Shown here: positions 47,225 to 57,153 of the stretch, in pieces
Numbering within the stretch: position 1 is the stretch's first letter
Layout of the letters: each line of letters starts with the position of its first letter
Origin: Chloroflexota bacterium
Lineage (GTDB): Bacteria; Chloroflexota; UBA11872; VXOZ01
DNA: 64,000 bases
Reading direction: 5' to 3'
NCBI GenBank assembly: GCA_963663275.1
Contig: OY760183.1
Span: 1,568,001 to 1,632,000 of the forward strand
Notes under the pieces: generated by a model
Seen by the model: only the letters and a program-made list of their open reading frames with translations
What the model was told of the DNA's origin: nothing
The model's database searches: none
Position numbers and translations under genes: made by a program

Positions 47225-48481
47225 ATGGTGAACAATGGCTTTGACGTGAATGCCGTGCGGCAGGATTTTCCCATCTTGGGCATCCAGGTGCACGGCAAGC
47301 CGCTGGTCTACTTGGACAACGCCGCGACCTCGCAGAAGCCGCAAGCCGTCATCGACAGCCTGGTGGACTACTATTCGCGGTACAACGCCAACGTGCACCG
47401 GGGCATCTACACGCTCAGCGAGCAAGCGACCGCGGCTTACGAAGAAGCGCGAGCCAAGGTGGCGCGCTTCATCAACGCGCCCTCGCCGGAGTGCATCGTC
47501 TTCGTGCGCAATACCACCGAGGCTATAAACCTGGTGCGCTATGCCTGGGGGCCCGACAACGTGCGCGGCGGCGATGAAATCCTGGTCTCCGAAATGGAGC
47601 ACCACTCCAATCTGGTGCCGTGGCAACTGCTGGCGCGGGAGCAAGGCGCGGAACTCCGCTTTCTGCGCGTCAACAATGAAGGCCGTCTCATGCTGGATGG
47701 CATAGACGCGCTCATCACGGAAAAGACGCGGCTGATCGCGGTGACCCACGTCTCCAACGTGCTCGGCACGATCAACCCGGTTAAGGGCATCGCCAAGCGA
47801 GCGCACAAGTATGGCGCGTTGCTCCTGGTGGACGCCGCGCAGAGCGTGCCCCACATGCCGGTGGACGTGCAGGACCTGGACTGCGACTTTCTGGCGTTTT
47901 CCGGCCACAAGATGATGGGGCCGACCGGCGTGGGCGTGCTCTACGCCAAGCCTCACTTGCTCAAGTCGATCGGCCCCTTCCTAGGCGGCGGCAGCATGAT
48001 TCGCAAGGTGATGCTGAGCGAATCCACCTGGGCGGAGGCGCCGCAGAAGTTCGAAGCGGGCACGCCCAACATCGCGGACGTGATCGCCCTCGGCGCGGCC
48101 GTGGACTACCTCAGCGAACTCGGCATGGAGCAGGTGCGCGAGCACGAGCGGCAGATTACCCAGTACGCGCTGGACCGGCTGCGCGAGGTCTCCGGCATCA
48201 AGCTCTTCGGCCCATGGGAACTGGACACACGGGGCGGGGTGGCGTCCTTCGACGTGGACGGCGTGCATCCCCACGACGTTGCGCAAATCCTGGATAGCGA
48301 AGCGGTGGCCGTGCGCGCCGGGCACCACTGCTGCCAGCCGCTGATGCGGCGGTTCAACGTGCCCGCCACGGCGCGCGCGAGTTTCTACGCCTACAATACG
48401 GAGGCGGAGGTGGACGCGCTGATACTGGGCATCAACAAGGCGCAGAGGGTATTCGGCCATGCAGTTGAACGATCTCTATAA
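47225..48481 (+). CDS. sufS: Cysteine desulfurase
   Basis: 'YLDNAATSQKP', 'FSGHKM', 'RAGHHC'. Confidence 0.96.
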   Translation: MVNNGFDVNAVRQDFPILGIQVHGKPLVYLDNAATSQKPQAVIDSLVDYYSRYNANVHRGIYTLSEQATAAYEEARAKVARFINAPSPECIVFVRNTTEAINLVRYAWGPDNVRGGDEILVSEMEHHSNLVPWQLLAREQGAELRFLRVNNEGRLMLDGIDALITEKTRLIAVTHVSNVLGTINPVKGIAKRAHKYGALLLVDAAQSVPHMPVDVQDLDCDFLAFSGHKMMGPTGVGVLYAKPHLLKSIGPFLGGGSMIRKVMLSESTWAEAPQKFEAGTPNIADVIALGAAVDYLSELGMEQVREHERQITQYALDRLREVSGIKLFGPWELDTRGGVASFDVDGVHPHDVAQILDSEAVAVRAGHHCCQPLMRRFNVPATARASFYAYNTEAEVDALILGINKAQRVFGHAVERSL

Positions 48482-48914
48482 GGAAATAATCCTCGACCAC
48501 TACGAGAGTCCCCACAACCGGGGACGGCCGCCGCACGCGGACATCGAGGCCGAGGGCAGCAATCCGCTCTGCGGCGATGACGTGGAAATCTACGTGCTGA
48601 TGGATGGCGACCGCCTGAAAGAGGTGCGCTTCGACGGCGCCGGCTGCGCAATCAGCCTGGCGGCGGCGTCGATGATGAGCGAGGCGCTGGAGGGCAAGTC
48701 CAAAGAAGAGGCGCGCGAGATCGGCGAACGCTTCAAGGCCATGATGCACGGCGCCGACGTGGAGTTGCCGGAAGAGATGGAAGACCTGGAAGCCCTGAAG
48801 GGCGTGGCTAACTTCCCGCTGCGCGTGAAGTGCGCCCTGCTGGCGTGGACAACCCTGGAACACGGCCTGGCCAATGAGGATGCGGGACGCAAGGTCTCCA
48901 TCGAGATGGACTAG
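48459..48914 (+). CDS. sufU: SUF system NifU-like sulfur transfer protein
   Basis: 'NPLCGD', 'GCAIS', 'RVKCALLAW'. Confidence 0.94.
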   Translation: MQLNDLYKEIILDHYESPHNRGRPPHADIEAEGSNPLCGDDVEIYVLMDGDRLKEVRFDGAGCAISLAAASMMSEALEGKSKEEAREIGERFKAMMHGADVELPEEMEDLEALKGVANFPLRVKCALLAWTTLEHGLANEDAGRKVSIEMD

Positions 48915-49015
48915 CGCGGTACTTGGTAACCCTGGTAGTGGACGCAGCGCCGTTCTTAGCTTAGCGCCGCCTGCGGACTGGCTCCGTATCCAATGTCGGA
49001 AGCGGCCACCTTGCG

Positions 49016-49195
49016 AAAGCAAGAAGACCCCCGCTCGCTTCAAAGCAGCAAAAGTCCCTCTCACTCGAGAGCCAGAAAACTCCCTCGCACTTTAGAGCCA
49101 GAAAACCCCCTCTCACATGGGAGCCAGTAAACTTCCGCTCCCTTGAGAGCCAGATTACTCCCTCTCCCTTGAGGGAGAGGGCCGGGGTGAGGGTG
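49016..49195. repeat. Six degenerate 26-bp tandem units merging into a reverse CCCTCACCCC-type palindrome
   Basis: Unit starts 49016, 49042, 49068, 49094, 49120, 49146; palindrome at 49161-49195. Confidence 0.8.
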
Positions 49196-49217
49196 AAGTT
49201 CTCCGGGCCCGAGGGGT

Positions 49218-49370
49218 CTACTTATTCGAGGTATGGCGTAGTATCCCTCTGACCGCAACCATGATGGCGAGACTGGTCAGAATGGCGATCATGGGCGCGA
49301 CGACGAAGGGAAGCCCGGAAAAGAACCCCCAGACGACAAACCCGATGATGCGCAGCACGATGTCCATCAT
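49218..49370 (-). CDS. 50-aa hydrophobic microprotein (not in ORF track)
   Basis: GGAGGA RBS; MMDIVLRIIGFVVWGFFSGLPFVVAPMIAILTSLAIMVAVRGILRHTSNK. Confidence 0.65.
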   Translation of the reverse strand: MMDIVLRIIGFVVWGFFSGLPFVVAPMIAILTSLAIMVAVRGILRHTSNK

Positions 49371-49487
49371 CCGCTCGATCCTCCGCAGGTAGTAGTGTGA
49401 TTAGAGTCAGGTGAAAGTAGCTTCATAGTACACTACCCGCGCGCGCAACGCACCCGCGGCGGGCAAGAATTTCGGCATTACAGGAGC

Positions 49488-50309
49488 ATGCACACCATGG
49501 CGGCGAAAATTGGCTGTCAGGCGCGGTTGTGGCTGCGGGAGACGCAGGACCTGGGCGTCGTTTTGCCGAGAATTGGCAACGACCTGGCGGCGGCGGGATA
49601 CGAGGGCTTGGAGATTGGCTACGCCTACGTCAACGACCCGGACGATGTTACCGCTTACCGGCGGGCGGTGGACGGCAACGGTCTCAGGACGGCCGGCATC
49701 CACGTGGGCGGCGCGTGGCACGACCCGCATGTTGTCAAAGAGAAGGCCATGCCCCAGGCGCGGGCCGCCGCGGATTTCGCCGGCGCGGTGGGCGCGGAAT
49801 ACCTGGTGATCAGCACGGGACGGAAGCAGGACGGCCCGCTGACGCAAGCAGAGATTGGCCTGCAAGTGGCGCACCTCACCGAGTTGTGCGCGTACACGGC
49901 GGCCCAGGGGGTGACGCCGTTGCTGCACAACCATCAGCACGAGTTCGCCCATGGCGCGGCGGTCTTCAACGGGATCATGGCCGGCATCGACGCCGCGGCC
50001 CTTGGCCTCTGCCTGGACGTCAACTGGGCAATGTGGGCCGGCGCGGACGGTCCGGCGGTGATGGCAGAGCACTTTGACCGGCTGCGCATGGTGCACATAC
50101 GCGATACCGTCGCCAACAAGGCCTGCGTGGAGGCGCTGGGCGAAGGCGACGCGCCCCTGGACGAGATCTTCTCCCCACTCCGCGCCAGGGAGTACCCGCA
50201 CTGGGTCCTCTACGAGTGGTCGGCATGCGACCCGACCACGAACCGCCCGACGGCTGAAATTGCCCGGTTGAACTTGGAGTATCTCCGTAGAGCGCAGGGA
50301 CAATCGTAG
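49488..50309 (+). CDS. Sugar phosphate isomerase/epimerase (xylose isomerase-like TIM barrel)
   Basis: 'AGYEGLE', 'HNHQHEF', 'CLDVNW', 'VHIRD', 'LGEG'. Confidence 0.85.
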   Translation: MHTMAAKIGCQARLWLRETQDLGVVLPRIGNDLAAAGYEGLEIGYAYVNDPDDVTAYRRAVDGNGLRTAGIHVGGAWHDPHVVKEKAMPQARAAADFAGAVGAEYLVISTGRKQDGPLTQAEIGLQVAHLTELCAYTAAQGVTPLLHNHQHEFAHGAAVFNGIMAGIDAAALGLCLDVNWAMWAGADGPAVMAEHFDRLRMVHIRDTVANKACVEALGEGDAPLDEIFSPLRAREYPHWVLYEWSACDPTTNRPTAEIARLNLEYLRRAQGQS

Positions 50310-50347
50310 AGTGCTGGGCCAAGAGCCAACACCGTCGGCGTGTTCCG

Positions 50348-50444
50348 CGGAGGCGCATGGGAGTCGAACCCACCCAGGACGGGAGTAGCCCGCCCCGCAG
50401 ACGGTTTTGAAGACCGCGAGGCCCACCGGGACCCGAGCGCCTCC
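50348..50444 (-). tRNA. selC: tRNA-Sec(UCA)
   Basis: 8-bp acceptor stem GGAGGCGC/GCGCCTCC, anticodon loop CT-TCA-AA, long variable arm, GGTTCGACTCC; CCA not encoded. Confidence 0.93.
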
Positions 50445-50713
50445 ACGTTCCAGTCTAGCAGTCTCCGTCCCCGCGTGAAATACGCTCGACTCCCCCCACT
50501 CCGCCCACGCGGCGCCGGACGCTCCCGCGGGTCACTTGACAGGCGCTTGCCGGGTTCGGTATCTAAGGTGGGAAACGCCAGGTCGCGTTCGTCTGTGGCA
50601 ACGGCGTCTTACGCGGTGAGGCAATGCGCGCTCGCCGATCCAGACGAATGGCGGGAGAGTGGGCGGCGAGCACGGCATGGAAGAAAACCGGTACGAATGC
50701 TTGATCGATAGCG

Positions 50714-51553
50714 GTGTCATCGATGTTAGTCGGATTCAATCCTCGTTTGCAGCCGTTTCGGCGTATGAGTGTGGCCGAGCAGTTGCAGGAGACGGTGCAT
50801 ACGGCGGAGCGGCTTGAGTTTGCGGTGGTCGAGTTGAGCGTGGACGAGGTGGTCTATCGCAGGGGGTTGTGGGACACGTACACGCAGGACGCGCTGGACG
50901 TCATCACGCGCGCGCCGCTGCAATTCCAGGTGAATCTCTTCCCGGACGAGGGTTTCGAGGAAACGCCGAGCGACGTCAACGCCTTTCCGCGCTCGATCTA
51001 CCTGCGGCGGCTGGTGCAGACCATCGAGTTCTTCGAGGCGTACGCGCCGATGTCGCTCTACGTGGCGCACGCGGGACGGCGCACGCGGCACGTGGACGAC
51101 CACCTGAAGGCGCTGGACGAGGCGTTTCAGGCGCTGCAAACGCTCTATCCCGGCGTGCCGCTGGCGATCGAGAACGGCGGGCGCGAGTTCGTGCTGCACT
51201 TTCCCGACGACTTCCTGACGTTCCTTGATGCGTTCCCGTCGCTGCGCTTTGTGCTGCACACCGGCCGGGCGTTTCAGTCGGTGATGTGGGATAACGAGCA
51301 GTTGGCGCGCTACGTGCGCAAGGCGGCGCGCTTCGTGGACCGGCTGGCGGCCATTCGCTGGACGAACGCCAATCCGATCACGGACCCGGACCGCCCGCTG
51401 CAACTGGAACTCGACCGCGCGCCGGACCTTGGGCTGATCATGCGCGGGTTGGGACGCAATCCGGCGCTGGTGCACCTGCTGGATACGGTTGGCGGCCGGC
51501 CGGCGGCGCTGGCCCGCGAACGCCGGGCGCTCCACGCGCAGGTGGAACGGTAA
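50714..51553 (+). CDS. Hypothetical protein, degenerate xylose isomerase/AP-endonuclease-2-like barrel
   Basis: 'VAHAG', 'LAIENG', 'LHTGRA' match the positions of the xHxG, xEN and DxGH motifs, with substitutions. Confidence 0.55.
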   Translation: MSSMLVGFNPRLQPFRRMSVAEQLQETVHTAERLEFAVVELSVDEVVYRRGLWDTYTQDALDVITRAPLQFQVNLFPDEGFEETPSDVNAFPRSIYLRRLVQTIEFFEAYAPMSLYVAHAGRRTRHVDDHLKALDEAFQALQTLYPGVPLAIENGGREFVLHFPDDFLTFLDAFPSLRFVLHTGRAFQSVMWDNEQLARYVRKAARFVDRLAAIRWTNANPITDPDRPLQLELDRAPDLGLIMRGLGRNPALVHLLDTVGGRPAALARERRALHAQVER

Positions 51554-51597
51554 TCCAGTTTGACTATAGCGCTGAATTGCGCGCGCACCCCCTGGGG

Positions 51598-51736
51598 AGA
51601 CCTTTGCAAAACTCCGTCATTCCGGCGAAAGCCGGAATCCAGAGCGCCTTTACAACTATAGATTGCATGACGTCAAGCCATTTCACCCCCCATCCCAACC
51701 TTCCCCCCAAGTGGAGAAGGGGTTACGCAAAGGTCT
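51598..51736. mobile_element. MITE-like element: 18-bp terminal inverted repeats enclosing two different palindromes
   Basis: AGACCTTTGCAAAACTCC vs GGGGTTACGCAAAGGTCT (15/18); GTCATTCCGGCG.. at 51616 and CCCCCATCCCAACCTTCCCC.. at 51687. Confidence 0.55.
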
Positions 51737-51882
51737 ACTGGACGCTATGCGGGCGCGCCTGCGGTATACTTTAGAGTGTAGCGATTCTCTGCGCTTACGC
51801 GCCGGCGTCCCGTCGATGGTGTAAAGGCGCAATCACCGGTGAGGCGCACCGCAGCGAAACGGGCATCGAGGCAGAATTCGCC

Positions 51883-52227
51883 ATGGACACCGCAACCATA
51901 GACGCCGCCGTCGAGCGCCTGGAGTATGATGCCCAAGGGCTGGCGCCGGCCGTTATCCAGGACGCGAGCACGCGGCAGGTGCTCATGCTGGGCTTCATGA
52001 CGCGGGAGATGGTGGCCAAGACACTGGAGACGGGTCGGGTCTGGTTCTGGAGCCGGAGCCGGCGGGAGCCGTGGCTGAAAGGCGCTACCAGCGGCAACTA
52101 TCTGAACGTGGCGGGCGTCTACCGCAACTGCGAGGACAACTCCCTGCTGATACTGGCGCGGCCGGAGGGTCCCACCTGCCACACCGGAAACGTTTCCTGC
52201 TACTACCGCGCGCTGGATGAGGAGTAG
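51883..52227 (+). CDS. hisI: Phosphoribosyl-AMP cyclohydrolase
   Basis: '[14 protein letters not shown]', 'CEDNSLL', 'CHTG..SC'. Confidence 0.93.
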   Translation: MDTATIDAAVERLEYDAQGLAPAVIQDASTRQVLMLGFMTREMVAKTLETGRVWFWSRSRREPWLKGATSGNYLNVAGVYRNCEDNSLLILARPEGPTCHTGNVSCYYRALDEE

Positions 52228-52229
52228 CC

Positions 52230-52604
52230 GTGGCTGACGAGCAAACGCGCGCCCCGGCAACGGCGGCGGTGCTGGACGCGGTCTTTCAGACTATCCGCGA
52301 GCGGCAGGAGACGCTGCCGGAGGGGTCGTACGTCACGCACCTGCTGCAAGGCGGCGTCGATCGCACCGCCCGCAAGGTGGGCGAGGAAGCGATCGAGGTG
52401 GTGCTGGCGGCGAAGAACGAAGCGCCGGACGAGCTCACGGCGGAGGTGGCCGACCTCTGGTTCCACTGCCTGGCGCTGCTGGCGCAGAGCGGCCTCACGC
52501 CGGCGGACGTGTACGCGGAACTGGCGCGGCGGCACGGCAAGACTCCCACTTTTCAGCAGAAAGCTGAGGCGCAAACCCGGCTGCCCACGGCGAAAGACGT
52601 GTGA
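52230..52604 (+). CDS. hisE: Phosphoribosyl-ATP diphosphatase
   Basis: 'GSYV..L', 'KVGEEAIEV', 'EVADLWFH'. Confidence 0.93.
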   Translation: MADEQTRAPATAAVLDAVFQTIRERQETLPEGSYVTHLLQGGVDRTARKVGEEAIEVVLAAKNEAPDELTAEVADLWFHCLALLAQSGLTPADVYAELARRHGKTPTFQQKAEAQTRLPTAKDV

Positions 52605-52910
52605 CGCCGGCGCCGGCCGGGGTGACTTGGTCGGGGGCGGCGCCCGGCGAGACGTGAGAGACGCGCGTCCGGGACGAGGATCAATTCGCGCTTGCATAGC
52701 CGCAAAGCCGTCCTGCCAGGCCGCTAATGCGCTGCTCCCAGGATTGCATTGACGACGAAAAAAACTTGTGCGATACTACTGCTACCCGATTGAGGGGGAG
52801 TAAGCAGGGGAAAGGAGGCGAGACTGTCCCTTTAATGGCGCGAGTGCGCCTAGAGTAGTTCGATTTGATTGCCGCTCCGGAGGGAGTTGGCTGACCGAGG
52901 AGAAGCAATA

Positions 52911-54302
52911 ATGGAAGAGAAGCGAAACGTCTTTTCCCGCCGTGGATTCCTGGCGGGAGCGGGCGGTCTCGGTGGCGTTGTGTTCCTGGCGGCTTGCGGC
53001 GCGGTGCCGGTAGCCGATTCCGGTGACATGGCCGAGGACGGCGAGCCGGAACCTGAGGCCCAAGAAGAGACGACGGTGGAAGAGAAGATCATGCGGATTG
53101 ACGAGACCTTCGTCGAATCCGATGGTCGCTATCAGGCCTTCCGCAACACCTTGGAGCAGGCCGAGGAAGCGCTGGGCATCACGACGGAAATCGTGCCCGG
53201 CGAATACAGTACGATTTGGGAACGGCGGCAGACGAACCACGCGGCCGGACAAGCCGACGTGGACCTCTCCATCAACCAAATCAACTGGTACGGCTATGGT
53301 GGCTTGCGGGGCATTTTCCCGGACCACATCCCGTTCTTCCAGCGCGATAAGATTTCGTTGGAAGACTACTTCCAGGCCGACCTCCGTTCTTGGACCTGGC
53401 AGAACAAGCTCTACGCCGTGCCCATGCAGTCCGGCGGCGAGGTGGTGCTCTTCAACAAGGAGTACTTCGACGAAGCCGGCCTGAACTACCCCGGCGGCGA
53501 CTGGACCTACGACGACCTGCTCTCGATGGCCGAGCGGCTCCATAAGCCGGACGACGGCCGCTGGGCGCTGCAAGTGGGCCAGAATAGCCTCTGGTACATG
53601 GGCGGCACCTTCCTGCTCAACTTCGGCGGGTCCATCATGAACGAGAACGACACCAAGGCCCTCTACGGAGAGGACCCGTTGTCGCTGCGCGGCGCGCAGT
53701 TCAACGTCGATCTCCACATCAAGCACCAGTACACACCTTCCGGCGATGATATCAAGAAGGTTACTGGTGGTAGGTCCGGTATCGGCATCCTCGAGGTGAG
53801 GGCCCTTGCCATGGAGTTCAACGGCATGTTCCGGTACAACGCCGCCAAGAAGCACTTGGAGGACGCGCTGGACATCGCCATGCCGCCGCGGGACCAGCGC
53901 CAGACTGCTACCCTGGTCGGCAATGGCTACTCTCTGATGACCCTCTCACCGAACCAGGAGACCGCTTGGAGTTTCCTCAAGTACATCCATAGCGATGAGG
54001 GCGCAGAGGAAACCGACTACTTCGGCTTTATCGCATGGCCGCCGATTATCCGGCACGGCCTGTTCCCGAAGTGGGCAGCGCGCTACGAAGGCACGCAGGT
54101 AGAGCAGGTGGTGAACGGTTGGGCCGCCGGCGGCCGCCCGTTCCCGCGTGTGCTCGAGTTCAGCGAAGCCTTCGGCCCGTCCAACGCGCCCTGGTATGAA
54201 GCCCTACGTGGTGAAATTACCGTGGCCGAGGGTCTGCGCCAGTCCGCAGACATCCTCAACGAGGTCCTGGATCGCCGCCCCGAGGAGTATCGGGAGGCAT
54301 AG
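52911..54302 (+). CDS. Tat-exported lipoprotein, sugar-type extracellular solute-binding protein
   Basis: 'SRRGFL' twin-arginine motif, 'LAACG' lipobox, 'LYAVP..FNKEYFDEAGL..WTYDD'. Confidence 0.85.
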   Translation: MEEKRNVFSRRGFLAGAGGLGGVVFLAACGAVPVADSGDMAEDGEPEPEAQEETTVEEKIMRIDETFVESDGRYQAFRNTLEQAEEALGITTEIVPGEYSTIWERRQTNHAAGQADVDLSINQINWYGYGGLRGIFPDHIPFFQRDKISLEDYFQADLRSWTWQNKLYAVPMQSGGEVVLFNKEYFDEAGLNYPGGDWTYDDLLSMAERLHKPDDGRWALQVGQNSLWYMGGTFLLNFGGSIMNENDTKALYGEDPLSLRGAQFNVDLHIKHQYTPSGDDIKKVTGGRSGIGILEVRALAMEFNGMFRYNAAKKHLEDALDIAMPPRDQRQTATLVGNGYSLMTLSPNQETAWSFLKYIHSDEGAEETDYFGFIAWPPIIRHGLFPKWAARYEGTQVEQVVNGWAAGGRPFPRVLEFSEAFGPSNAPWYEALRGEITVAEGLRQSADILNEVLDRRPEEYREA

Positions 54303-54354
54303 GGCCCGAGCCTTTGGCCGCAGGAGATTGATCTCCGCGATTGGAGAAACGCGC

Positions 54355-54480
54355 GTAGGGGCACGACACGTCGTGCCCCTACGCGCGTTAGTGATTCCCT
54401 AACGGTAGGGACACGACATGTCGTGTCCCTACACCGGGGCACGGGTTGGCATTGGTGGGGGCACGATACATCGTGCCCCG
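54355..54480. repeat. Cluster of three GTAG-type REP palindromes
   Basis: GTAGGGGCACGACACGTCGTGCCCCTAC, GTAGGGACACGACATGTCGTGTCCCTAC and a degenerate third copy; same family as 22273. Confidence 0.85.
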
Positions 54481-54608
54481 CGCGGCGCGTTTTCAATGGG
54501 CGCGCGTCGGTATATAATCGCAATGGCAGACCGCGCCGGGCGATGGGGCGTTGTCCGCCGCGCGGCGGCGCGGGCTAATGAAGAGAATTGCTGAACAGGG
54601 AGGACGAT

Positions 54609-55523
54609 ATGGGCGTATCGAACAAGATCTACTTTTCTTATTTCGTAGATTGCGAGCCGCTGGCGGCCAGGTCGCCCCGCTGCGGCGGGCCGGCATCCTG
54701 GGCGGTCAGCGAACGCACCGTGCGCAACATTCGGCAGTCCTTCGAATCCCACGGCTTGCTGCCCGCGGTCACCTTCAACCTCACGCCGGAGGCCGCCAAG
54801 GCCCACGCCGACATGATGCGCGAGTGGCACGCCGAGGGCGTGAACATCGGCATCCAGCCCAACGTGCCCGGCTTTCGCTATCCCAAGTACGAAAACGACC
54901 TGGGTGAATACGACGAAGCCACGCAGCGCCAGATCATCGCCGAGGCGACGGAGGACTTCGAGACCGCGCTGGGCTTCCGTACCGATACCTATTGCGCCTG
55001 CTGCGGCTCGAAGAGTCCGGTCACGCTGCGGCTGCTCTACGAGGCCGGCTACCGGCAGTACATCGCGCCCGCGCCGGGGCGGTACTTTCCGGACCGCCCG
55101 GACCGCTGCACGGAAGGCGACTACCCCTATCCTCATTGGGGCAGCGCGCAGCACCACGTGCTGGGCGGCGCGTTGCCGATCTGCGTCATCTCGTGCAGCG
55201 GCGAGATGAGCGGCGGCCGCTGGGCGCGCCCCCGCGACCTGCGCTCGGAAGAGCCGGTCAGCGAGGAGAGCCGCGAACTCTACCGCACCATCATCAATTG
55301 GAACCTGGAACTTTCCGGTCTCATCCAAACCCCGGTGCGGGCTATCATCGGCGCCACCCACAACTCCGAGAAGGTCAACATTCCCAACGTCGATTACGTG
55401 CTGGAGTACATCCAGGAAGCCACCGAGCGCGAGGGGCTGGAACTCGTGCCGGCCTCGTTCCCCATGATCCACGAGGCGCTGGCGGAGGCCTTGCCCCTTT
55501 CCCAAGCGACGTTGCCGGCCTAA
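54609..55523 (+). CDS. Polysaccharide deacetylase-like (NodB-fold) protein
   Basis: 'FVDCE', 'VTFNLTPE', 'QRQIIAEA...FETALG', 'THN'; the usual His ligands are altered. Confidence 0.55.
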   Translation: MGVSNKIYFSYFVDCEPLAARSPRCGGPASWAVSERTVRNIRQSFESHGLLPAVTFNLTPEAAKAHADMMREWHAEGVNIGIQPNVPGFRYPKYENDLGEYDEATQRQIIAEATEDFETALGFRTDTYCACCGSKSPVTLRLLYEAGYRQYIAPAPGRYFPDRPDRCTEGDYPYPHWGSAQHHVLGGALPICVISCSGEMSGGRWARPRDLRSEEPVSEESRELYRTIINWNLELSGLIQTPVRAIIGATHNSEKVNIPNVDYVLEYIQEATEREGLELVPASFPMIHEALAEALPLSQATLPA

Positions 55524-55550
55524 TAATTCGCAGACGTGGAGGCAAAACCC

Positions 55551-56714
55551 ATGGCAACCACTATCGACCGCGTAACGCTGGAGGAACTGCAAGCCGATCC
55601 GGCGCGGGAAGAGGCGATCGCGCCGGAGTTGCGGATCATCGAATACCAGAATGAACGCCTCGTGCGCAGCGCGTTTCCATATCGCTATCAAGCGCCGGAC
55701 GCGATGCTGGCCGAGTTGCGCGAACGCTACCGGCTGGACGACGTAATCGCCGCCGGCCGGACCGAGTTCGAGCAAGTGCTGCACCTGCGCGAGTGGGTGC
55801 ACACGCGGTGGAAGCACGGCTGGACTCGCGTGCCCCCGCCCCGCAACGCGCTGGAGATCCTGGCCGCGGTGGAGCAAGGCAAGGACTTCAACTGCGGCTA
55901 CTTTGCGGTCACGTTGATGCAGTGCCTCTTGTCGCTGGGTTTCGTGGCCCGCACGTTGAGCATCTGCAAACCGGAAAGCGAGTGGATGTCCGCCGACGAG
56001 GGCAATATCGGCCACTCGATCGTGGAGTTCTGGTCGCACGAATACCACAAGTGGATTCTGCTGGATCCCGACCTGAACGTGCACTACGAGCGCGGCGGCG
56101 TCCCGCTGAGCGTCCTGGAAATCCACCGGGCCTGGGTCACGCGCCGCTGGGATGACGTGAGCATGATTACCGGGCCGACACCGTTCCGCGTTACGGACAA
56201 GGTGGAATCCGGCGCGGCCACGACGTTCCTGAATCAAGACAATCAGGACGCCGAGTTTCAAATCTTTGGCTGGCATGACGTTGGCGACTACTACTCGTGC
56301 GTTGTGCTGCCCATGCGCAACACCCAGCACTCGTCGAACGAGGGTGAGCCTTCGCTGGAATGGGTCGATCCCTGGACGCCGCCGCGCATCATCGCCTACA
56401 ACCGGGCGAACGGCAGCCACTTCACCAGTAATGAAGACGATCTCTATTGGTCAGTCGACCAGGTGCAGATCAACCTGGAGGCGGATCAGGCGGCGTGGGA
56501 GCGCAGAGAGGCGGCGCTGTTCGTGACGCTCGACCACAGCATGCCCAACCTCGACCGGCTCTTGGTGCGCCTGGACGATGAAGAATGGCGCGCGAGCGCG
56601 CCGACGTTTACCTGGCGCCTGCGCCCCGGCAAGAACCAGATCATGGCCAAAGGCGTGAACCAGTTTGGCCGCGAGGGGCACGTGAGCCGGATTCTGTTGC
56701 GGTTCAATCCGTAG
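55551..56714 (+). CDS. Transglutaminase-like domain protein
   Basis: Cys-His-Asp triad pattern 'FNCG', 'GHSIVEFWS...KWILLDP'. Confidence 0.8.
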   Translation: MATTIDRVTLEELQADPAREEAIAPELRIIEYQNERLVRSAFPYRYQAPDAMLAELRERYRLDDVIAAGRTEFEQVLHLREWVHTRWKHGWTRVPPPRNALEILAAVEQGKDFNCGYFAVTLMQCLLSLGFVARTLSICKPESEWMSADEGNIGHSIVEFWSHEYHKWILLDPDLNVHYERGGVPLSVLEIHRAWVTRRWDDVSMITGPTPFRVTDKVESGAATTFLNQDNQDAEFQIFGWHDVGDYYSCVVLPMRNTQHSSNEGEPSLEWVDPWTPPRIIAYNRANGSHFTSNEDDLYWSVDQVQINLEADQAAWERREAALFVTLDHSMPNLDRLLVRLDDEEWRASAPTFTWRLRPGKNQIMAKGVNQFGREGHVSRILLRFNP

Positions 56715-56931
56715 CCGATGGGGCCGGGGGGGAACCGCGCTTCCTTGCCATACCGGAATAGGCTAATGCGGAGTCAGGCTAACCGACCAAAATCAGGATG
56801 TGCGCGTTTGCCGATGCTGTTCGCTTTACCGTAGCGCGGGGGCTTGTCCCCCGCCTCCGGCCCGTCGGAAGCCCGGGGGGCAATGCTTAGCCTCTGGATT
56901 TTCGCTTGCGCCAGTATAGATGTTGATCGGA

Positions 56932-57063
56932 CTCAGATTGAAAGCCTGCGCAATCAGAGGCTGGCCGCATGTTGAATACCTACGCTGCCGGGGGCCGAGC
57001 GCAGGTTACAAACCTACGCTACCGGAGGGTGGGCCGCAGGTTGAAAACCTACGCTACCGGAGG
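56932..57063. repeat. Four 34-35-bp tandem units, each with a CGCAGGTT..AACCTACGCTAC hairpin
   Basis: Unit starts 56932, 56966, 57000, 57035. Confidence 0.75.
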
Positions 57064-57153
57064 AAACCGCCTCAGGGCGCGCCGGCGCGCTGGGCCATCA
57101 TGCACTCGTTCACAATTTCAATTGCCACGTAGTAAGGAGAATGGGAAACGCCT

